64,000 bases of DNA, taken from the NCBI GenBank assembly GCA_043826455.1, contig JBDRQD010000048.1, forward strand, positions 32,001 to 96,000, given 5' to 3'. Below the pieces are notes generated by a model that worked only from the letters and a program-made list of their open reading frames with translations, ran no database searches and was not told the DNA's origin. Shown in pieces: positions 1 to 9,041 of the stretch (within the stretch, counting starts at the first letter, position 1; every line of letters begins with the position of its first letter). The DNA comes from Candidatus Bathyarchaeota archaeon. GTDB taxonomy: Archaea; Thermoproteota; Bathyarchaeia; TCS64. A program made the position numbers and the translations under genes.

Positions 1-363
1 GGGTCTAACGTGGTGTGGAGCTTCAACGTGGATGGCGTCAGGTTCACCCACACCGGCGACCTGGGCCACCACCTCAGCGTCAGGCAGCTGTCCGAGATAG
101 GCCCAACGGACGTCCTGTTCCTCGCCACCGGCTCAGACCTACCCCTGGCCGAGGAGAACGCAGCCCTCCTGGACCCCCGGGTCGTGGTGCCCATGCACTA
201 CGAGACCCCCGGCATTGTCTTCCAGTGGTTCAAGATGAAGACGGTGGACGAGTTCATAGGGGGCAAGCAGCGGGTGGTGAATGTCGGCAGAAGCCACGAG
301 TACGCCCCGGAGACCCTGCCCCAGAGACCCGAGATACACGTCTACACGCCGCCTAAGTTATAG
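1..363 (+). CDS. MBL-fold metallo-hydrolase, 5'-truncated by window edge
   Basis: Frame is open from base 1; contains HTGDLGH and VVVPMHY motifs typical of Zn-dependent beta-lactamase-fold hydrolases. Confidence 0.8.
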   Translation, partial: GSNVVWSFNVDGVRFTHTGDLGHHLSVRQLSEIGPTDVLFLATGSDLPLAEENAALLDPRVVVPMHYETPGIVFQWFKMKTVDEFIGGKQRVVNVGRSHEYAPETLPQRPEIHVYTPPKL

Positions 364-386
364 AGGGCCGCCGCTGAACCATACCC

Positions 387-1016
387 ATGGAAGGCGTCAG
401 GCAGATCATAGCGGAGGCGGTGAGGGGGCTCAGGGACAGGGAGACGGCAAGGGATGAGGCCCTGGGCCGGGCACGCCGCGCCAGGATGCTATCCAAGCGG
501 GCCATCCTCCACCTCCACAACCTGGAGCCGGGGGACGCAGAGGACAGGCTCCTGGAGGCGGGGCGACTCCTGATGGAGATCGTGGGCTACACGGCGGAGC
601 ACCCAGAGATGGAGTTCTACGAGGCCGTGGAGGCCGCCCGCCAGGAGTACGCGGAGGCCCAGATACTCTACGGGCTGAACACAGGCGCAGGGTACCCCTC
701 GCCTGAGAGCCTGGGAGTCCCAGAGACCGACTACATTATGGGGCTGGCCGATGTCCCCGGCGAGCTCAGGAGGCAGAGCCTGGACCACCTCAGGGCGGGC
801 AGCCTGGACAGAGCCGAGGCCAACCTGAGGGAGATGGAGGAGATATACATGAGCCTGGTGGAGGCCGAGGAGGCCAGCCTCCTCCTCAGGGGGCTCCGCA
901 GGAAACTGGACGTGGCCAGGGCCGTGAACGAGCGGACCAGGGCCGAGATCACTGAGGAGGCCAGCAGAGCCAAGCTCACGTCGGAGCTCAGGAAGCTGGG
1001 AGACCGGCTGAGCTAG
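387..1016 (+). CDS. Translin/TRAX family protein (archaeal C3PO-like)
   Basis: All-helical 209 aa; QEYAEA and DYIMGLADVPGELRR motifs, C-terminal LRRKLDVAR. Confidence 0.85.
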   Translation: MEGVRQIIAEAVRGLRDRETARDEALGRARRARMLSKRAILHLHNLEPGDAEDRLLEAGRLLMEIVGYTAEHPEMEFYEAVEAARQEYAEAQILYGLNTGAGYPSPESLGVPETDYIMGLADVPGELRRQSLDHLRAGSLDRAEANLREMEEIYMSLVEAEEASLLLRGLRRKLDVARAVNERTRAEITEEASRAKLTSELRKLGDRLS

Positions 1017-2229
1017 GGCTAGCCTCCTCCGGGGGCCTTACGTCCTTGAAGAGGAGGTACATGAGGGCCGCGGAGGCGAACTGGAAACCCGCTGCGAACA
1101 TGAAGGGCAGGTCCACCGAGACGTACTGGATTATGTACCCGGAGACCAGGGGCGCCCCTGCGGCGGTGAACCTGCTTATTATGGACACCATGCCGACGGC
1201 TGAGGCTTTCCGCCTGCTCCTTATGACCCCCATGAGGTAGCTTTGCCGGAGGGGCACATCGATCATGCTGAAGAAGGACTTGAACACCTGCATGTAGGCG
1301 GCTACAGCGAAGCTAGGGGCCAGTGGCGTCAGGAAGTTAACCGCCACTCCTGGCATCCTTGATAAGACTATGGCTTTAATGGTACCGACCCTCTGAGCCA
1401 TCCTCAGCCCCAGGTAGTAGCTGAGGGATGAGAAGAGGCGTGTGGCCCCGAAGAGGACCCCTATCTGGGCGGGCCCCATGCCCCACTTGAGGTAGAACCA
1501 GTAGCTGAGGAAGTTCGTGATGAAGCTGCCCCCGATCACGTCCAGGGCCAGGACGGCGCTCCACTTGAGAACCAGCGTCCTCTCGTACTCCGTCGGCTCA
1601 TCCTCCTGGCTGTGAACCGTTTTTTCTATCCTGGTCTCCCGGACAACGGTGTAGAGCAGAAAGGAGGCCGTCCCGCTCAACGCGAACAGCAGAAAAACAG
1701 GCCTGTAGCTCTCCAGCTCGGCCACCCCCCAGCCCTGAAGAACCTCGGGGGCAGCCGCCACCAGGGACCCGAAGACCCCGGCCATGGTCTCCATGAAGCT
1801 GTTGAGGCTGAACACAGAGGTCCGGTGCTCCGGGGCCACCTTCTCGCTCAGCATGGCCTGCTCAGCAGGCGTGTAGGGAAGGGAGCCGCTCACCGTGAAG
1901 ACCACGGCGGAGGCCATGAGCGGCCAAAGCTCTGTGGTCAGGACGTAGACGAGGCCTCCGGCGGCCATGATGGCCCCAGTGAAGAGGAGCACCGGCTTAC
2001 GCCCCCACCTGTCAGCCACCAGGCCCTCGGGGAGACTGCGGACCGCTGCGAAGAGGCTGGTGGCCGTGAACAGGAGGCCCAGGGTGAGGCTTGAGGCCCC
2101 CAGCTTGCTTAGGTAGATGGCCAGGCTGACGCTGAGGATGGAGGCGCTGAAGCTCCTGAGGGCCCTGGTGGAGAGGAGAATCCACGCGTCCCTGTCGAGG
2201 GACCTGAGCACCCCCAAGCTTCCAGACAT
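988..2229 (-). CDS. MFS transporter
   Basis: About 12 hydrophobic segments; motif A GLVADRWGRK. Start placed at ATG 2229 (MSGSLG) rather than the longer ORF start; 3' end overlaps translin by 29 bp. Confidence 0.85.
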   Translation of the reverse strand: MSGSLGVLRSLDRDAWILLSTRALRSFSASILSVSLAIYLSKLGASSLTLGLLFTATSLFAAVRSLPEGLVADRWGRKPVLLFTGAIMAAGGLVYVLTTELWPLMASAVVFTVSGSLPYTPAEQAMLSEKVAPEHRTSVFSLNSFMETMAGVFGSLVAAAPEVLQGWGVAELESYRPVFLLFALSGTASFLLYTVVRETRIEKTVHSQEDEPTEYERTLVLKWSAVLALDVIGGSFITNFLSYWFYLKWGMGPAQIGVLFGATRLFSSLSYYLGLRMAQRVGTIKAIVLSRMPGVAVNFLTPLAPSFAVAAYMQVFKSFFSMIDVPLRQSYLMGVIRSRRKASAVGMVSIISRFTAAGAPLVSGYIIQYVSVDLPFMFAAGFQFASAALMYLLFKDVRPPEEASPSSAGLPAS

Positions 2230-2254
2230 GTCTCCCCATACTGGTCTCAACCTG

Positions 2255-2260
2255 TATATA
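2255..2260. promoter_or_regulatory. Putative shared bidirectional TATA box
   Basis: TATATA sits centrally in a 55-bp gap, about 25 bp from both divergent ATGs (2229 and 2285). Confidence 0.5.
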
Positions 2261-2284
2261 GATGATGAGAGCAGTGATACGTAC

Positions 2285-4114
2285 ATGGTGGACGCCGGGG
2301 AAGGGTACAGCCCCTCAGACTGGGAGCTCACCAGGCGGCTCCTAGGCTACATGAGGCCCTTCATGGGCATATTCGTGGGCATAGTTTTGACGGCCTTCGG
2401 CCGCCACGGCGTCTACGCCCTCATAGTGCCCCTCCTAGTGATGCTCATCATAGACTATATTCTGTTGCCGGTGCCGGGCGCGTCCCACTGGTTCCTGGAG
2501 CTGGTGAAGAGCCTCACCGGGGTGCAGACCCAGATGGGGCTCCTGGCGGCCCTGTGCCTGCTGATAGTGGCCCTGGCCGTGGTCAGGGGCCTCTTCCACG
2601 TCACCCACATAACCCTCCGCGCCGCCCTCAGCCAGAACATCCTCAGAGTCATGCGCAGGGACTTCTACTACGCCCTCATCCACAAGAGCTTCAGCTACCT
2701 GGACCGGGTCATGTCCGGCCAGATAATAAGCAGAGTCACCAGCGACATGGGGGCCATCGACCTCTTCTACAGCGAGACCGTCCGGGAGATATTCAGGCAC
2801 GGCATGCAGTTCCTGTTCACCATCTACATCCTGTACACGGTGGACCCGGGCCTCACCCTGGCGTGCTGCCTGCCCTTGCCCGTCATCTTCCTCTTCACCA
2901 GGCTCTACAGCAGCAGGGTCAGCGGCTATCTGGCGCGCGCCAAGAACCAGTTCGGGGACCTGAGCGGCATACTGGTGGAGGGCATAGTGGGCCACAAGCT
3001 CATAGTCACCCACGGCCAGGAGAGCCACATCACAGCCCGCTTCAGAGAGGAGAACCAGGCCTACGTGGACACCAGCCTGGGCGCAGCCCGCATCCAGAGC
3101 CTGTACAGGCCCAGCTCGGCTGTGATGGTGGCCGCGGGCCTCAGCCTCGTGGTCTACTACGGGGGCCAGCGGGTGGTAGCGGGGCAGCTTACCGTCGGCG
3201 AGATGGTGCTCTTCGGCATCTACTTCACCCAGCTGGTAGGCCCCGTCCGCATGTTCGCCCGCCTCATCATGTTCTACCAGGACGCCCTGGCCAGCGCCCG
3301 ACGGGTCTTCGAGGTCATAGACGTAGGGGAGGACGTACCGGAGCCAGAGAACCCCGTGGAGCTGGGCGAGGTGCAGGGGGAGATAGCCTTCGAAGGCGTA
3401 TCATTCAGCTACGGCGGCGCCGAGACCCTCACAGACATCAACCTGCGGGTGGCGCCCGGCGAGAAGGTGGCCCTCATGGGGTATGTGGGCAGCGGCAAGA
3501 CCACCCTAGCCGAGCTGGTGCCCAGGTTCTACGACGTGTCCGCGGGCCGGGTCACAGTGGACGGCGTGGACGTAAGAGAGATCAAGCTGGACACCCTGAG
3601 GCGCAACGTAGGCATAGTCCTCCAGGACGTATACGTGTTCAGCGACACCATAAGGAACAACATAGCCTTCGGTAAACCCGACGCCACCACCGAGGAGGTG
3701 GAGAATGCCGCCAGGGCCGCCCAGATACACGACTTCATAGCGGGGCTGCCGGAGGGCTACGAGACAGTCATCGGGGAGCGGGGCATCACCCTCTCGGGGG
3801 GCCAGAGGCAGAGGCTCACCATAGCCCGGGCCCTCCTCACGGACCCCAGGATACTGATACTGGACGACAGCACCAGCAACGTGGACGCGGAGACCGAGAC
3901 CCTCATCAGGCGAGCCATAGACGAGCTGCTCAGGGGCAGAACCGCCCTCATAATAACCCAGAGGGCGTCCACATGCGAAGCCGCGGACAGGGTCCTGGTC
4001 ATGGAGAAGGGTCGGGTCACCGCCCAGGGCACCCACAAGAAGCTGCTGAGAGGCAGCCCAGACTACAGGAGGCTGATAGAGAGCCAGGCCTTCCAGATAG
4101 GAGGTGAGGCCTAG
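2285..4114 (+). CDS. ABC exporter TMD-NBD half transporter (degenerate-site subunit)
   Basis: 6 TM helices; GYVGSGKT, LSGGQRQR; Walker B ILILDD (E to D) and H-loop ITQR (H to Q), as in TM287/TmrB-type heterodimers. Confidence 0.9.
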   Translation: MVDAGEGYSPSDWELTRRLLGYMRPFMGIFVGIVLTAFGRHGVYALIVPLLVMLIIDYILLPVPGASHWFLELVKSLTGVQTQMGLLAALCLLIVALAVVRGLFHVTHITLRAALSQNILRVMRRDFYYALIHKSFSYLDRVMSGQIISRVTSDMGAIDLFYSETVREIFRHGMQFLFTIYILYTVDPGLTLACCLPLPVIFLFTRLYSSRVSGYLARAKNQFGDLSGILVEGIVGHKLIVTHGQESHITARFREENQAYVDTSLGAARIQSLYRPSSAVMVAAGLSLVVYYGGQRVVAGQLTVGEMVLFGIYFTQLVGPVRMFARLIMFYQDALASARRVFEVIDVGEDVPEPENPVELGEVQGEIAFEGVSFSYGGAETLTDINLRVAPGEKVALMGYVGSGKTTLAELVPRFYDVSAGRVTVDGVDVREIKLDTLRRNVGIVLQDVYVFSDTIRNNIAFGKPDATTEEVENAARAAQIHDFIAGLPEGYETVIGERGITLSGGQRQRLTIARALLTDPRILILDDSTSNVDAETETLIRRAIDELLRGRTALIITQRASTCEAADRVLVMEKGRVTAQGTHKKLLRGSPDYRRLIESQAFQIGGEA

Positions 4115-5988
4115 TGGCCGAGTACGTTGACAGGTACGACGTGGGCAGCCTAGAGTCCACCCAGAGAAGGTACACCGACGCCCAGCTGGTGAGGCGCCTG
4201 GTGGGCTATATGTTGAGGCACAAGGCTCTGCTGGCCCTGGAGCTGGTCCTGTTGACACTGAAGACGGCCACGGTGCTGGCGGGCCCCTACCTCTACAAGG
4301 TGACCCTGGACTTCTACATAGTGAACACCCCGACGAGCGACGGCGCCTGGCTGGCTGACACCATCAAGAGCCTGGCAACCACCCTAACAGGGATCACCGT
4401 TCCGGGAACCGCTCAGCTGCTGTTATCGGCGGCCCTAATCTACGCGGCCATTGCCCTGTGCGAGTGGGCCGCCACCAGCGCCCAGCTCTACTACGTGGAG
4501 AAGCTGGGACTCCTAGTCATAGCCGACATAAGGATGGACTTCTTCGACCAGATAAACAGGCTCAGCCAAAGGTTCTTCGAGTACGGGAACACGGGGAGAC
4601 TGGTTTCCAGGGTAACCAACGACGCCGAGGCCCTGAAGAAGGTCCTCAACACGGGCGTCATAGGGCTCCTGGCCGACCTCCTCATGGCCTTCAGCATATT
4701 GGCCATGATGGCCGCCCTGGACCTGCAGCTCACCCTCATAGCGCTGCTGCTGGCGCCCCTCCTGGCTCTGGTGAGCAAGGTCTTCCAGGGGTGGATACAG
4801 GAGGCCTGGAGGACGGCCAGGAGGAACGTGGCGAGCCTCACAGGCAAGGTCCAGGACCTGATGTACGGAGCCAAGGTCACCAAGGCCCTCAACCAGGAGG
4901 CGAGGAGCCTCCGGGAGTTCGATGCTGTGAACGAGCAGAACATGGAGAGCCAGATAAAGGCCGAGACCGTGTCGGTGGCCTTCAGCAGCGTGGTGACGGT
5001 GCTGAGCAGCGTAATGACGGCGGCCATCTGGTACCTGGGCGGAAGCAAGGTGATGACAGCGGCCCAGACCCTAGGCAGACTGGTTGCCTTCAGCAACTAC
5101 GCCGAGACCTTCTTCGAGCCCATACAGAACCTGGCCACCATGTACGGCGAGATCCAGAGCGCCCTCGCCGGCGCCGAACGCATCTTCGTCATACTGGACC
5201 AGGAGCCCGAGGTCAGGGAGGCCCCGGAGCCGGTGGAGTCGGAGACTGTACGGGGCGAGGTGGAGTTCAGGGACGTAGGGTTCAGCTACGTCAAGGATCA
5301 GCCCGTCATCAGGGGCGTCAGCTTCAAGGCGGTGCCCGGGGAGATACTGGCCATATTCGGGCCCACAGGCTCAGGCAAGAGCACCATAATAAACCTCATG
5401 GGCAGGTTCTACGACCCCACTCAGGGATCGGTGAGCCTGGACGGCGTAGACCTCCGGCAGCTCAGCTTCAAGACCCTCAGGCGGAGCACCTCCATAGTCC
5501 TCCAAGAGCCCTACATCTTCGCGGGCACTGTGGAGTACAACCTCAAGTTCGGGCGGCCCGAGGCCACCGACGAGGAGATGATTCACGTGGCCGAGGTGCT
5601 GGGCATCCACGACACCATAACCAGGCTGCCGGACGGCTACAAGACCGCCATCCACGAAAAGGGGAGCAACCTGAGCTACGGGCAGAGGCAGCTACTGTGC
5701 CTGGCCCGGGCCATAATTGCTGACCCCCGGGTCATAGTCTTCGACGAGGCCACCAGCAGCGTAGACCCCTACACAGAGTCCATGATCCAGGGTGCCCTCA
5801 GGAGGGAGATGGAGAAGCGGACCGTGGTACTGGTGACCCACAGGGTCTCCACGGTGAGGGACGCAGACAGGATCATTGTCTTGGACGGGGGCCTGATAGT
5901 TGGTGAGGGGCCCCACGAGGAGCTGGTGGAGAACAACGAGATGTACCGTAGGCTCTGCGAGATGCAACTAGTGGAGATACAGGATTAG
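4114..5988 (+). CDS. ABC exporter TMD-NBD half transporter (partner subunit)
   Basis: GPTGSGKS, LSYGQRQ, VIVFDEATS, VTHR; start overlaps the stop of the previous gene. Confidence 0.9.
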   Translation: MAEYVDRYDVGSLESTQRRYTDAQLVRRLVGYMLRHKALLALELVLLTLKTATVLAGPYLYKVTLDFYIVNTPTSDGAWLADTIKSLATTLTGITVPGTAQLLLSAALIYAAIALCEWAATSAQLYYVEKLGLLVIADIRMDFFDQINRLSQRFFEYGNTGRLVSRVTNDAEALKKVLNTGVIGLLADLLMAFSILAMMAALDLQLTLIALLLAPLLALVSKVFQGWIQEAWRTARRNVASLTGKVQDLMYGAKVTKALNQEARSLREFDAVNEQNMESQIKAETVSVAFSSVVTVLSSVMTAAIWYLGGSKVMTAAQTLGRLVAFSNYAETFFEPIQNLATMYGEIQSALAGAERIFVILDQEPEVREAPEPVESETVRGEVEFRDVGFSYVKDQPVIRGVSFKAVPGEILAIFGPTGSGKSTIINLMGRFYDPTQGSVSLDGVDLRQLSFKTLRRSTSIVLQEPYIFAGTVEYNLKFGRPEATDEEMIHVAEVLGIHDTITRLPDGYKTAIHEKGSNLSYGQRQLLCLARAIIADPRVIVFDEATSSVDPYTESMIQGALRREMEKRTVVLVTHRVSTVRDADRIIVLDGGLIVGEGPHEELVENNEMYRRLCEMQLVEIQD

Positions 5989-5996
5989 CACGGGCG

Positions 5997-6290
5997 CTAC
6001 TTGTGGCGCTTGATCCTGTCCGCCTTTCTCTCAGCCGCCCTATAGGCGAACTTGCGGGTGCCGCTTATCTGGCTCCTGTGGAACCGGTGCCCCTGATCGC
6101 CCTTGTTCACGGCATCATAGAACTCCGGGTACGATATCTCCTCCCCGTGAAGCTTGGTGATCACCTCATTGAGAGACTCGCGCCTCTCGTCGTCGGCTCC
6201 GTCGAAGGCGTCGCTGTAAGCCTTGTACGCCACATTGAACTTGAAATCGGAGCCGTCGAAAACCAGTTTCTCTACGCGTCTATCGCTCAT
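5997..6290 (-). CDS. Hypothetical protein with basic C-terminal tail
   Basis: 97-aa ORF filling the gap, genome-typical codon usage, TATA-like element near 6330. Confidence 0.65.
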   Translation of the reverse strand: MSDRRVEKLVFDGSDFKFNVAYKAYSDAFDGADDERRESLNEVITKLHGEEISYPEFYDAVNKGDQGHRFHRSQISGTRKFAYRAAERKADRIKRHK

Positions 6291-6450
6291 ACTCTAACTT
6301 TCCAGCACCACGAATATGTGTGAGGCTTCATTTAAGTCTCTTCATGGGGTCCAGGGTGAAACCCTTAAATGACGCGGGTAAGGCGATAAAACTGGATGCA
6401 TGAGGGCCCAGGGGCCCTGAGTGTATACCGACGAAGTAGGAGTGAAAGAG

Positions 6451-6615
6451 TTGAGTCAGAGAAGGCGAAGCTTCGACAGAGGCCCCCGTGAGATGACAAA
6501 GGCCGTCTGTTCAGACTGCGGCCAGGAGTGCGAGGTCCCGTTCAAGCCCACCGAGGGCAGGCCCGTGTACTGCCGCGAGTGCTTCGATAAGCACCGGCCT
6601 CCGCGCCGATACTAA
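6451..6615 (+). CDS. CxxC-x17-CxxC zinc-ribbon domain protein
   Basis: PREMTKAVCSDCGQECEVPFKPTEGRPVYCRECF; GGAGTG SD before TTG 6451. Confidence 0.9.
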   Translation: MSQRRRSFDRGPREMTKAVCSDCGQECEVPFKPTEGRPVYCRECFDKHRPPRRY

Positions 6616-6734
6616 AATATCGTACGTAATTACGCACGATATTCATCGTTTTTTGCAGAAACCATCCCCCTGAGGATGAGCTGATTTCTCTGTTGGCTTA
6701 ACAGGAATATTTTCGTATGTAATTACGTACGAAA
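6616..6734. repeat. Two related long palindromes (6616-6643 and 6711-6734)
   Basis: AATATCGTACGTAATTACGCACGATATT and TTTCGTATGTAATTACGTACGAAA, each with one mismatched pair; shared core CGTAYGTAATTACGYACG. Confidence 0.8.
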
Positions 6735-6792
6735 CCTTTGAGTTATAGCATCTAACCAACATAATTTATATCTCACCCGCCCCATCCTTTCA

Positions 6793-6885
6793 CCGCTAGA
6801 CAGGGAAGAATGAGACTATTGTGTACCTTAGCCTAACCAGGGTCTCACAAACGGCTGGCCTAGCGGGTTCTATGGAGGAAGCAAC
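6793..6885 (+). promoter_or_regulatory. Structured 5' leader of cysS containing a uORF
   Basis: TATA TTTATA 6765-6770; stems CCGCTAG(6793-99)/CTAGCGG(6860-66) and TGAGAC(6811-16)/GTCTCA(6842-47); SD GGAGG 6874-78. Confidence 0.6.
6810..6836 (+). CDS. Putative cysS leader peptide MRLLCTLA
   Basis: ATG AGA CTA TTG TGT ACC TTA GCC TAA, preceded by AGGGAAGA; contains a Cys codon. Confidence 0.45.
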   Translation: MRLLCTLA

Positions 6886-8331
6886 ATGAGAGAGCACCCC
6901 ATCCGGATCTATGACACCATGACCAGGCGGAAACGCCAGTTCAAGCCCCTCAACCCACCGGAGGTGACCATGTACGTCTGTGGCCCCACAGTCTACGGGG
7001 AACCCCACATAGGCAACCTGCGGACCTTCACCAGCGGCGACCTTATACGCCGGTGGCTGGAGTACCGGGGCTACAGGGTGAAGTACGTGATGAACATCAC
7101 GGATATCGAGGACAAGACCATCAGGGACAGCGGCAGGGCCGGGAAGACACTGAAGGAGTTCACCGACCACTACACCGGCGTATTCCTCCGCGGCCTCGAC
7201 ACCCTCAACAACAGGCGCGCCACGGCCCACCCCAGGGCCACAGTCTACGTGCCCCAGATGATAGAGTTCATCTCGGAGCTGATGGCGAGAGGCTTCGCCT
7301 ACGACGCCGAGGACGGCGTCTACTTCGACATCGACAAGTTCCCCGGCTACGGCCGCCTCAGCGGCGTGGACGTCACCAAGACTGAGCGCACCGAGCGGGT
7401 GGCCGACGACGAGTACGACAAGGAGGACGCCCAGGACTTTGCGCTCTGGAAGAAGGCCACCCCCGAGGAGCTGGAGCGGGGCATCTACTTCGAGTCACCC
7501 TGGGGCAGGGGCCGCCCCGGTTGGCACATAGAATGCAGCGTCATGACCCGGGAGCTCCTGGGCGACACCATAGACATCCACGCAGGCGGCGAGGACCTGA
7601 CCTTCCCCCACCACGAGAACGAGGTGGCCCAATCCGAGAGCCTGACCGGCAAGCAGTTCGTCAGGTTCTGGCTCCACATGAGGTTCCTCAGGGTCGGCGG
7701 CAGAAGGATGGGTAAGAGCCTGGGCAACTACGTGAGCTTCGACCAGATACTGGAGAAGCACAGCCCCGAGGCCCTCCGCTACTTCTACATAAGCACCCAG
7801 TACAGGAGGCCCCTAGACTTCACCTGGCAGGCCATGGAGGCAGCCGAGAACACGGTCCGGCGCCTGGGAAACACCCTAGACCTGATAGAGAACGCCATGA
7901 GGGGCCCCGACGACAACCTGGACTACGGTGAACGGGAGAACCTGCTCCTCAAGAAGGTGCATGCAGAGGAGGAGGCCTTCGGCGCCGCCATGGATGACGA
8001 CTTCGACACCCCTGTGGCTCTGGGCCACTTACACGCCGCGGCCGGCACCGTCAACGAGTACATCACGGGCCCCGCCAACAAGGGGGTGCTTCTGGAGGCC
8101 GCGGACGCCTATCGGAGGATGCTTAACGTCCTAGGCCTCTTCGAGGAGAAGAAAGGAGGCTCCGACGAGGCCACCGAGCAGCTCATGGGCATCATCCTCG
8201 ACATTCGGGATGAGCAGAGAAAGGCTAAGAACTACGCCTTCGCCGACATTATCAGGGACAGGCTTCAGGAGGCGGGGGTGACCATTCAGGACACCGCCGG
8301 CGGAGCCACCTGGAAGATAGCCAAGAGGTAG
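6886..8331 (+). CDS. cysS: Cysteine--tRNA ligase
   Basis: YVCGPTVY, HIGN, DFALWK, GRPGWHIECS, HAGGEDLTFPHHENE, RMGKS (KMSKS-like). Confidence 0.97.
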   Translation: MREHPIRIYDTMTRRKRQFKPLNPPEVTMYVCGPTVYGEPHIGNLRTFTSGDLIRRWLEYRGYRVKYVMNITDIEDKTIRDSGRAGKTLKEFTDHYTGVFLRGLDTLNNRRATAHPRATVYVPQMIEFISELMARGFAYDAEDGVYFDIDKFPGYGRLSGVDVTKTERTERVADDEYDKEDAQDFALWKKATPEELERGIYFESPWGRGRPGWHIECSVMTRELLGDTIDIHAGGEDLTFPHHENEVAQSESLTGKQFVRFWLHMRFLRVGGRRMGKSLGNYVSFDQILEKHSPEALRYFYISTQYRRPLDFTWQAMEAAENTVRRLGNTLDLIENAMRGPDDNLDYGERENLLLKKVHAEEEAFGAAMDDDFDTPVALGHLHAAAGTVNEYITGPANKGVLLEAADAYRRMLNVLGLFEEKKGGSDEATEQLMGIILDIRDEQRKAKNYAFADIIRDRLQEAGVTIQDTAGGATWKIAKR

Positions 8332-8332
8332 C

Positions 8333-8980
8333 ATGTACGCCAACGCCCGACCACCCCATGAGGAGCTCCTCAGGCTGGAGGAGGAGCAGCTAGCCCGCTC
8401 CCTAGAGGTGACCTCTGACGGCCCCGAAGGCGGCTTCGAGCTGGTGGCCGGCGTGGACGTAGCCTACCGGGAAGGGGTGGCCTACGCGGCCGCCGTGGTG
8501 ATGGACGAGGAACTGGGCCTGGTGGAGACGGCGGGCGCCCAGTGCGTCGCCGAGTTTCCCTACGTCCCGGGCTTCCTCAGCTACCGTGAGCTCAAGCCGG
8601 CCAGGCTGGCCGTGGAGAAGCTCACGGAGTACGATGTGCTCATGGTGAACGGTCACGGCCTTGCACACCCCAGAGGCTTAGGCCTCGCCAGCCACCTTGG
8701 CCTAACCCTCGGTAAACCCACGGTGGGTGTCGCCCGGAGGCTGCTGGTGGGCGCCCTCGCCGACCCAGGCTCCGAGGAGACCCATGTAACGTTAAACGGG
8801 AAGGTCATAGGGGCCAGACTCCTGTCCCCGACGGGCGCCCCCGTGTATGTCTCCGTGGGCCACATGATCTCCCTGGAGGCCGCCGTGGAGTTGGTCATGG
8901 ACTACACCTTGGAGGGCAGGCTACCGGAGCCTCTGCGGCTGGCCCACGAGGCCGCGAGGATGCTGATGGAGGAGAGCTGA
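8333..8980 (+). CDS. nfi: Endonuclease V (second catalytic Asp appears as Asn)
   Basis: AGVDVAY, FPYVPGFLSYRE, NGHGLAHPRGLGLASHLG, VYVSVGH, RLPEPLRLAH. Confidence 0.92.
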   Translation: MYANARPPHEELLRLEEEQLARSLEVTSDGPEGGFELVAGVDVAYREGVAYAAAVVMDEELGLVETAGAQCVAEFPYVPGFLSYRELKPARLAVEKLTEYDVLMVNGHGLAHPRGLGLASHLGLTLGKPTVGVARRLLVGALADPGSEETHVTLNGKVIGARLLSPTGAPVYVSVGHMISLEAAVELVMDYTLEGRLPEPLRLAHEAARMLMEES

Positions 8981-9041
8981 GACCGCGCACCCCGAGCCCC
9001 AAGGGTAACCATCTTTTATCTCCACCCCCCATCTTCAAGCC

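Noticed and set aside
2285..5988. Degenerate Walker B, H-loop and signature motifs in the ABC pair
   Set aside because: Normal asymmetry of heterodimeric exporters (TM287/288-type), not decay.
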